Assembly: GCA_964016885.1 (NCBI GenBank)
Contig: OZ024741.1
Coordinates: forward strand, 301,692,001-301,756,000
DNA length: 64,000 nt
From: Eledone cirrhosa
Taxonomy: Eukaryota
Direction of reading: 5' to 3'
Part shown: in pieces, positions 53,570 to 64,000 of the stretch
Layout of the letters: the number at the start of each line of letters is the position of its first letter
Position numbering within the stretch: the stretch's first letter is position 1
Notes under the pieces: generated by a model
What the model saw: the letters and a program-made list of their open reading frames with translations, nothing else
What the model was told of the DNA's origin: nothing
The model's database searches: none
Program-made: the position numbers and the translations under genes

Positions 53570-56500
53570 TCCGACAGTAATGCCACAACTACCAGTCATG
53601 TTGTATAACTGGAGATTCTTCTAACTATATCCACTGATGACACATTTTATTCGAATTCCGACTAAATACATAATTCATTTTACAAGGGTTTGCTACAAAC
53701 TGCATGGCGGAACACAACATCAACAACAACAACAACAACAGTGGAATACCGAAGAAAAACAAGAAAGGTAAACAAAATATATTCAGTTGCAGCTACAGAA
53801 GAAACCGAAATTATATATCGCATTTCTCTTGGAGTTGCGAACTTAATGATGATTTGTTTATTGTTATAAAATGGCAAAAAACAATCCCTCCATTGGCTAT
53901 ATGAACAGAATGAAGCTACACTGGGACAAAATACACCCAGAGCTAAATCATTTCACGGTGAAACAATTACGCCAACAAGCAACGTTTGCTGAACGTAAAA
54001 ATAGGATAAATATTGTTAATTGTAAGTCCCCCACAACAAACATGGAATCAACAACACGTGCTACAGGTCGCCATGTTACTAGACATCCTAGCAGCCAGGT
54101 CGAACAGTGCCTTGAAACAACTATGCCTGTAAGAAATTTGACACCATGTGTACCATCTAAGTCTACCTCGACTATTGTGGAAAATACTATTGATAATAAT
54201 AATAATCAAAAGTATAAACAATTGAAAATTTCCCTCAACGAAATCTTCCAGAGAGAAATTAATTCATGTATAAATATCTCTCTTGCTGAACGTGTTAAAA
54301 CGACAATATTTAATTTAAAAAAAAAAAAATAATAATAATGAAATATTACGTGTTATTGACGAAATATGGGATGAATATTTACGACGGATAAAAACCCGCC
54401 TGTCTATATGCCTTAGCAACGACAGTGAAGCATTATCTTGATGATAGCAGAGATAAGAACAAATCACCACCAAAAATACCATCATATATAACTAAAATAG
54501 AAAAAAAGATTGCTGACCTACGAAAAACCATACGATATGTGACAATCCTCTTTACATGCAAACAAACACAAAACAACCTCACTCCTCACCAACAAAGAGT
54601 GAAAAATAAAATATAGACGATGTTTGGTAACAGTAGAACCAGAACTCTCCAACATAAGCTGATCACCCTCAAACAAGAATTGACAGCTGTTAGCTAAAAG
54701 CGCCGATACCTGAAGAAGGTAGATGAAAGAAAAGTGCTTAATAAAAGATTCAGACGAAACCAAACATCAGTCTATAGAGATATGAAGGGCAAAATAATAA
54801 GTGTCACTGAGGCCCCATCCCAGAAAGACATAGATTCCTTTTGGAGAAAAATATGGGGTGAAAAGAAGAATTTCAACCAAGATGCAGTGTGGCTAAAAGA
54901 AATTCAAAAGAACCATTGCTCCTACACTAAAACAAAAACATACGAAATAAGTGAGGGTATCCTTGAGACTGTGATAGGAAAACTCCAAGATAAGAAAACA
55001 CCAGGAAGAGACATGATTGTCGGCTATTGGTACAAAAAGCTGATATTCTATCGGAGGTATCTTACCGACCTCTACCAATAAGTTCTTAAGGGAGATACAC
55101 TTATACCAGAATGGTTGACATTAGCACAAACATTACTGATCCCCAAGAACAAAGACACCCACTTGGCAAAAAACTACCGACCCAATGCATGCCAGAACCT
55201 GATGTATAAGATGTATACAGCCTGCCTGAACCTATTCCTCTGTGAAAATAATAACATCATCACAGATGAACAAGCAGCTGGAAAGAAAGGGAATGTGCTA
55301 AACAACTCCTAATCAACAAAACTGTGATGTCGGAGATGCGACAATCTAGTAGGAATATGACTACAGTCAGGCTGGACTACAGGAGAACTTTCGATTATGT
55401 TCCCCACTCTTGGATGATAGAGGCCCTCCGACTTGCTAAAGTCCCAGACATTATTATCAGAGCGATAGAGAAGCTGTCTTCTTCTTCGGCTACTATCCTA
55501 AAGTTAAAGACAGAGAAGGAGGACTCTATTTTCACTGATAAAATATAATATCGCAGAGGTATATTTCAGGGAGACAGTCTCTCTCTGATATTATTTATCC
55601 TGTCATTAAACCCGTTGTCCTTTCTGCTCAGGAAATGTGAAGGATACATCATTGGCTCACAGGAGGACAGAAATACGAACCTAACCCATAATTTCTTTGT
55701 GGATGATCTGAAACTCTATGCCAAGAACATGGATGGGATGAAGAAAAATTTGACCTGGTTACAACATTCTCAAATCATATAGGAATGGAGTTTGGCCAAG
55801 ATAAATGCTCATATATGACTGTAAAGCGGGGGAAAACAACAACCCAATCTAGCAACATTGTCTTCAATGGCCTAACTGTTTCACCGATATCTGATGAGGA
55901 CTGCTACAGATATCTGGGGATAGATGAGAACATATCCTATAATGGTATCTGTAATATGGAACGCGTAACCAGGGAATACACACCCGATTAAGAAAGATAT
56001 GGTCATCAGAACTCTATGCACAAAACAAAACAGTGGCTCACAATGTGTTTGCTGTGCCTGTTCTAACACCAACTTTTGGAATACTTAATTGGACGATAGA
56101 CGAAATCCGAGCAATTGATTTTAGAACTGATGAAAAACTACATGCTTATCAACAGAAATCATGCATGGATATGTTGCCAGGAAGCTCCAAATTGAGAGTA
56201 ATATCGATAATGAAAGTAGTCTTGAACCAACAACCGCTATATTGGCTCCCACTTTGAAGGAAACGCTTTTGTAATCCGAGAAGAGGAAATCAACACGAAA
56301 TACCTGATTCACAAAAGAGATAGGGATACAGGCAAAACACCTAGATGTGATAACAAGTCAGACTCTGCAGAATTAACATCGAAGATGTCACCCATGTCAT
56401 CACCAGCTGTCCAAAGATGTCATCGCGGAGCTCTCTACCTTTGAGGCATGATGTAGTGGCCAAAACACTGTACAATGCAATCCGTAAAAAAGATAGCTCC

Positions 56501-57142
56501 GATAATAAACACATTAAAAGCTACAGCGATGTGGAGGACATCCATATACATAATATGAAAGAGTACTGGTGAAATGTTCCAGTAAAAACCCCAATAAAAT
56601 ACAGGCATAACAGACCAGATATTATGATATGGGACAGGGAAAAGAAGGCATGCACAGTAGTGGAAGTTAGCTGCCCAGCAGATGTCAATATAATATCAAA
56701 GATTAGCGAAAAGGAGAATATTTATGCAGAACTGATGAGAAATCTGCAGATACTCCACCCTGATTATACCTACAGATTTATGCCTGTGATTATTGGGGCA
56801 CTAAGATATGTTAGCAACTGGGCTTCACAGGAACAGAAAGAACACAACTAGTTAGGAAACTACAAGTACAATCCATTAATGGAACAGTAAAAATATGTAA
56901 AACATTCCAAACATGTTGCATCTAATAAATGCACATGTACAGATACTAAGTATATACTCATGCATACATACAACTCAAAACATACACATCCCCACATACA
57001 ATAAAATCCATATCTACACATGCATGCATGCAGGCATGCATATATATCTACCTAGTTGATGTTGTGTAAATTCCAATGAAAGAGTCTTGTGTCTATGTTA
57101 GAAACCGACTCTCTCTCTATTGGTAAAACTTTGTGAAATTAT
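53570..57142 (+). mobile_element. Full-span but decayed R4/Dong LINE, preceded by (CATA)n
   Basis: Colinear with 38300-42085 and 33752-36131. Has RT and RLE motifs, an internal deletion near 56120, and many stops. Confidence 0.92.
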
Positions 57143-58324
57143 ATTATTATTATATACAATTATTAATATTATTATATATATATATATGTGTGTGTATGTG
57201 TGTGTGTGTGTGTTTGTGTGTGTATGTGTGCGCGCGCGCGTGTGTGTGTGTGTGTGTAGTTCAAGGAGACAACAAACAGAGGTACAAAAAGTCTTACTAG
57301 TTTTACGCTTTATATTGGAAAGAGGAAAGAAAGATCGACGTGTCAGGCTTCAGGAGTACGAAATAGGGACAGGATCACAATGGAGAAACGATCCAGTAAA
57401 GACACACAAAAAATATATATATATATATATGCGTGTGTGTGTGTGCATTACGATTTAAATTTTTCATTTATTATATAGATAATGAAAAAAGGGGGCAGGG
57501 GTAAAGAAGGGCAGGTCATTCCTTTACTTTCCTATACAACCTGATCTGCCCCTTTTTTTTCATTGCTCTTTTTGTCTTTATTTTTTTTTTATATTTCCAT
57601 CAATGTATAACTCCAGTCTGTAAAATATAGTTGACAATATGTTTGTGTATAACAGATAACAAAATAAAATTCCATTGTTAACATTGACACAAAATATATA
57701 AAGTAATACAAAAAATAGACATGGTTAAGTTTCAGGTTAAATGCATGAGATATTGATCAGGTGTCTTTTATCCATGTGGATGCACTACAACGTGAAACTG
57801 AATAGACGGAGAATGTCTGGATGTATTGAGAAGTTTAAAATATTTGTTGCTTGAAATTACAATTTTCAAATTAATAGATAAATAATTTCCATGTCGGAAT
57901 TATTTTCATAAAAAAATTAAATCTGCAGCAAAATGCTCCCTCTACTTAAATAATCGAATAACTAGATCTCTTAATTGGACATCAAAGATCTCCAGAGATG
58001 CTTTATAGTGTGCAGTAAAACAGAAAATTAGCTTACAATTTCTGACACTGGCCGTGTACTGTAAAGATATGAAATTGCGATAATTACTTTAATGCCTATA
58101 GTTTTTAACAATTAGTTTTCATAGATGATCGTATTGCCGTGTTGTTTGATTTATTATTCATTCTGTCTTGACAGCTTATAGTCAAAGATGCATCAGATAA
58201 TAGTTGATAATCTACAGGGAAAACGGTGTCCGAAAAATCGTTTGTGTACATCGTCACCAATCATGTATTAAAACATTTTTTTTTTCTGTTCCACATTCGA
58301 TGGAGGAATGATTCAAGAAGAATA

Positions 58325-58413
<89 letters not shown>

Positions 58414-59112
58414 AGATTTGAATGGATACAGTTTAGTTGAAAGGAATTTATTGACACGTGTTTCTATAACAGTTACATAACCTAAAACAGCTGCTATCTA
58501 CAAACTTTTAGTTATGCAGACATTCAATATTTCAATGTTATTATTTACTGTCATTTCATCAGAATAATATTACTGAGGACCTATTTAGTTTTTATAGAGA
58601 ATATTAGGAGGGAGGGGTGAAGTTGTTAGAGGAATAGTTGAAGGAGTGGTTTTTCGATAGCAGTGAGAATTCTTGGTGGCAGTGAGTAATTAGATTCCCA
58701 TCTGTTGTTTTGACATTTTTTATAGAATATATTATTGGTTATTTATAGAAGGATTAGAGATAGTAAAGATATGCGTGGTTGGTTTTGTGTTTGCACTTAA
58801 TTAACATTCAGACTTAAATTTTTTTTCTTTCAAGTGTAAGTATCCTTTCACCCACGCATTCACACATATATTTGCACACCTCTACAAAATACATATACTC
58901 ACAATTCACATATTCATACTTACATATATATACACATGCATACACATATATATACACACATGTATTCATGTACATACATACGCGCTCATGTGTATACATT
59001 TTCATACTCAACTTATCTTTATATACACACGTATAGACACACACATATATACATACATACTCTAGTCCATGTGTACACACATACACATACATACACATCT
59101 ATATACACATAT

Positions 59113-59205
<93 letters not shown>

Positions 59206-59474
59206 AGCACTTTAATACATGAATACACTTACATCTAACTATACACATCAAACGTATATATATATTTACTTATTTATATACATTTTCACATATATATACA
59301 TACTTATGGACGTTTTTAGACACATTCATTATCGCATATTTGCACCTATTCTCATCAGCATATCTTTCCATTATTAGTGTGGTAATTTAAGGTTATTAAT
59401 ATATGTTGAGAAGAGATTGTTTTTATATTTTTCTAACTAGATTAAGGTTTATATAGTTGGGGGATGTCCCTCTT

Positions 59475-59775
59475 TTATGTAATATTCGGCTTGTAGTGGG
59501 AAAAAAGGGTTTTAGTTCTGTGACGGCAGAATAATGTTCGTTCAATTCTGTTATTCAGCAGTTTCTTCTTGTGTGTGATTATGTAATAAATCTCAAGATT
59601 ACACAATTTGCAGAAATTTTGGCTCCTGGAAAAGCTTTGGGTTTTAGCTAATTTCTCCCATTTTAGGGTAAACTTTTGATCGCTATCCCTGAGCGTCCAA
59701 GCTTTTTCTGCTAAAGTTGTTACATTTCTTTGGCTCTGGTGTTTTATTGAGTAAGAATGCCTATACAATCGAGAT
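59475..59775 (-). pseudogene. Hydra-like PLE GIY-YIG C-terminal fragment; UTR extends to ~58410 with degenerate HHR at 58522-58566
   Basis: RLYRH.YS...TTLAEKAWTLR..LKWEKL..CKLCNLEIYYI..LLNNRIE..FCRH. HHR reverse complement reads att-CTGATGA-aatg..catt-GAAA. Confidence 0.8.
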
Positions 59776-59785
59776 TTATATATAT

Positions 59786-61265
59786 ATAGTTAGGGAAGCA
59801 GAAAATTGCTTTTTGTGATCCAGTTCGTGGTTAAGAAAGCCAGTTTAATGGATGGTTTCAACGTACGGTTAGGGGTAACTCCACAAGTTTGTAAGAATTC
59901 CGTTCAATCTTGGAGTATAAAGTATAAAAGAGAAAACACAGGTAAGCATTAAGAGAAGGATTTTATCCAGGTATTTATGACCGTTTCATTGGTAAGTGCA
60001 ACCTTATATTGCTATACTGCAAATAGCAGCCACTCAATTATAATTGTTGTTCACAGTCCAAATTTTCAAAATAGTGTGTAAGTTACTCTTGAAATAATTC
60101 TTAATATATAGAGAAAAACATTTATTTGGAATTGTATTTACTAGTATAGAGAGAGGGGAATCAGAAGGTGAGGGGACTAACGGAATAGTATAGAGAGAGC
60201 GACTGGGAATACATTTAAAGCCCGTTGGTATACACACCGTTACGCAATGAAACATTCCCAGCATCGTTATGTAACTACCCTTGCAAACAAGACCTGGCAA
60301 CTGAGGGAAAGTAACCATCAATACACCCTGAAGTGGAAAAAATATCGAACGCGCCCCCATATCGGAGTGGTATGAGAAGCTGTCGATTATGCGACCTTGA
60401 GCTGTTCCACATCTTGAGTTCGAAGAATAAGTTACTCAACAATAAAATCGAAAGATCAATTTATTGTAACCACAGACTCAAAGAGAAGTTTTCGCACTAC
60501 AAATGCAAATCGAACCCTTAACCTCTTACTACCAACTGACAAACTGCATATACTTAGACTTTATACTCTCTTGTTGTATCTAAACCCTTTTAATTACCCA
60601 CAAAAACCAATACCTATATGCCCCCCTACTCCTTCATTCCTCTTCTATTTCTTCGTTTTTTCTTCCTTCCTTCCCTCCCCTTCTTGGTTGTCTTTTCTTT
60701 TCTTCTTTCTCCCCCCCCCCCCCCTTCTTTGCTTTTATTTTTGTCATTATTATCTTTATCTTTATTTTATATATATATATTTATCTCTTTATATCTCCCC
60801 CCCCCCTCTCTCTCTCTCTCTTTCTCTCTCTCTACTCTCTATCCATCCCTCCCACTATGATCAATTTAATTCTCTTTAACTCACTACATTCCACGACATG
60901 AAGTCTGCTATCAAAACTGATCAAGGAATCCTTCCACCTCTACCCCTCCCTCCATCTCAGTTTGTCACTCTACTTCCTAACTCTTCCCCCTTCCTCTCTC
61001 TCTATACTATTCCGTTAGTCCCCTCACCTTCTGATCCTCTCTCTATATACATGTAAATACAATTCCAAATAAATGTTTTTCTCTATATATTAAGAATTAT
61101 TTCAAGAGTAACTCATTATTTTGAAAATTTGGACTGTGAACAACAATTATAATTGAGTGGCTGCTATTTGCAGTATAGCAATATAAGGTTGCACTTACCA
61201 ATGAAACGGTCGTAAATACCTGGATAAAATCCTTCTCTTAATGCTTACCTGTGTTTTCTCTTTTA

Positions 61266-61270
<5 letters not shown>
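59786..61270. mobile_element. Inverted PLE insertion, family I (arms ~59922-60200 / ~60995-61270; tail 59786-59921 on minus)
   Basis: Reverse-complement arms, with a GIY-YIG remnant at ~60210-60521 (LKWKK..PYRSGMRSCRLCDLELFHI..LLNNKIE..CNH). Confidence 0.85.
61117..61218 (+). ncRNA. Variant hammerhead ribozyme (U3-A8 core, long stem II); antisense copy at 59972-60073
   Basis: tatt-TTGAAAA-tttgg...ccaat-GAAA-cggtcg-TA-aata. Confidence 0.7.
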
Positions 61271-61307
<37 letters not shown>

Positions 61308-61345
61308 AAGTATGACGCCTAAGTATTGAGTACTCTGGTAAAGCT

Positions 61346-61745
61346 GACTGTCACTACTCTAAAACAATAGCATAAGGTCTTTGAAATGCTTTTAATTAAG
61401 CATACAGTGTATTGCAAAATACACTATATATACATTCATATATATATCGCTATTTCAAAGCACCAATTCTAATTTTCAATTTCTGCTTGACCGGCAACCG
61501 CTCTGTATAATCAGTTCCTGATTATTACTAGATTTCTATAAGAATCAAACATTTATGATTTTAGTAACAGGCGGAGTACTTAGCGTTGATAAGCACCAAA
61601 AAGTGCGAAACAGAGCTCTGTCAGCTTTATCTCCCCTGTTTGCTGAAAATTAAATTAAGTGAGACTGTCACTACTCTAAGACAATAGCGAAAGGTCTCCG
61701 AAATGCTTTCAATTAAGCATAGAGAGTATTGCAAAATACACTATA
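61346..61745 (+). mobile_element. Second copy of the ~318-bp retrozyme-like unit (1.25-mer), HHR at 61582-61626
   Basis: gactgtcactactctaa at 61346 and 61663; agcg-TTGATAA-gcaccaaaaagtgc-GAAA-cagagctctg-TC-agct. Confidence 0.85.
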
Positions 61746-61750
61746 TATAC

Positions 61751-61849
<99 letters not shown>

Positions 61850-61916
61850 TACACATATATATATATATACATACACATATATACATACACATAGATACAT
61901 ACACATAGATACATAC

Positions 61917-61976
<60 letters not shown>

Positions 61977-62246
61977 ACATATATACACATATACATATAT
62001 ATATACATATACATATAAACACATATAATAACATATACACACACATATAAACACACATACACACAAATAAATATATACATATACACACATATAATAAATA
62101 CATACATACACATATATATGAACACACACACATATATACATACATATACATATACACATACATATACATATATATATATACATACATATATATAAATATA
62201 TACATATATATATACACACATATATACATATATGCATCACACACAT

Positions 62247-62325
<79 letters not shown>

Positions 62326-62554
62326 CATACATATACACATGCATATATACATACATATACACACATACATACACACAAAGACACACATACACATATACAT
62401 ATACAAACATATATACACAAACACATACATATACATACATATACACACATAAACACATACATACACATATATACACATATATACATATACATATATACAC
62501 ACATATATATATATATATGCATATATACACATATATATATATATATATACATAC

Positions 62555-62603
<49 letters not shown>

Positions 62604-63054
62604 CACACATACACAATACACAATACACATAAATATACATATATATATATACACATATATATATATATATATATAAACATACACACATACACACATATAC
62701 ACATACATACACACATCCATACACATACACATACATATACATATATATATATATATATATACATATATACATATATATACATATATATACATATATACAC
62801 ATATATACACATATATACACATATATACACATATATATATATACATATATATATATATACATATACATACATATACATACACATACATACATATATATAC
62901 ATACACACATACACATACTTACACACACACATACATATACATACATATACACATAATCATATATATACATATATACACATATACACATACATATATATAT
63001 ATACATATACACACATATATACACATACACACACACATATATACACATATATAC

Positions 63055-63117
<63 letters not shown>

Positions 63118-63250
63118 AACATCCACATACATGCCCATATGTAGGTACATATGAATGCACGTACACACAACGATACGCATACAAACGAACGGCCACTCAT
63201 ACAAATACATACATACATGTACCCATAAATATACGCATATACACAGGCAC
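61745..63250. repeat. Long compound (TA)n/(CA)n/(CATA)n microsatellite
   Basis: Directly visible. Confidence 0.97.
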
Positions 63251-63459
63251 ATAAATACAGCTCTACAAGCAGAAAACGTAGATAGGTACTTACATAACCA
63301 TAGTGCCGTGTTTCAGGTCGAGAAGGGGTACGGGTAGGGTGGGAAGGAGGTAGAGGGACTGTTTCATTCTTTAGGGGAAGTCGTTTTTAGCCATCGGGCA
63401 TTAACACTGGCTTAAGGTATTTGAAAGTATAGTTACGTGTATGTGTATGTGTGTATATG

Positions 63460-63548
<89 letters not shown>

Positions 63549-64000
63549 TAAATCATGTCCTTAGAATTATTAGATAAAATATATACTATTTCCTCTCCCA
63601 ATTAGCATAATTAACCATATAAAAAACCAATTAGACCAGGCTATAAGAATTAAGATCACGCCATCTAGCGTCGACTTTGAAGGCAGTCGATTAACTGCCC
63701 TTAGTTCTGACGTCACGTTCTGACGTCAGTAGCTGAGACAATAACACTTGGACAATGAGAGCTCGGAAATAGACGTGCTATCTCTATCATGCTACCTCTT
63801 TGCAGTGATCCAAAGGATGACATCACATCATGCGGCAGTATACGACGACTTAAATATATCCCAACCTAGGAGCACTAATGTATTTGAATATATTCTGTAA
63901 TTGCTCCTATTAAAAAAAATGTTTATAACATACAATTGCGGTATGTTCCTTCTTCCTTGTTTGACTATGTGCCAGTAAACAATAACCAATTAGACGGGAT

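Noticed and set aside
61703-63254. Long ORFs (up to 499 aa) of YI/CV/HT repeats, and similar ORFs at 8230, 21243, 22336 and 27230
   Set aside because: They are stop-free translations of microsatellites with no protein signal.

Overview
AT-rich, microsatellite-dense animal genomic DNA. It is most likely a cephalopod such as Octopus, judged from the tRNA-derived SINE copies, so the taxon is an inference. I see no convincing host protein-coding gene, and most ORFs in the track are microsatellite translation artefacts. The window is dominated by retroelements. (i) Many Penelope-like element (PLE) families sit in (TA)n tracts. They include Hydra-, Neptune- and Nematis-like RT/GIY-YIG remnants, classic inverted pseudo-LTR plus tail structures, and tiny fold-back minielements. 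(ii) More than 25 type I hammerhead ribozyme (HHR) motifs were found by eye, and three unrelated families carry a non-canonical U3-A8 core (TTGAWAA instead of CTGANGA). (iii) Non-coding tandem HHR units of about 318 nt and about 1325 nt look like retrozymes or circRNA templates. (iv) Four decayed R4/Dong-type RLE LINEs are associated with (CATA)n. (v) RTE fragments, tRNA-SINEs and MITEs are also present. The most interesting signals are the U3-A8 ribozymes, a 318-nt retrozyme, a shared 3' tail signal (TACTCC..GAGTGCT plus terminal hairpin) across divergent families, and an E2F/CCAAT/TATA promoter whose predicted +1 coincides exactly with the fold-back point of two mini-elements. All coordinates were read manually and may be off by a few bases.
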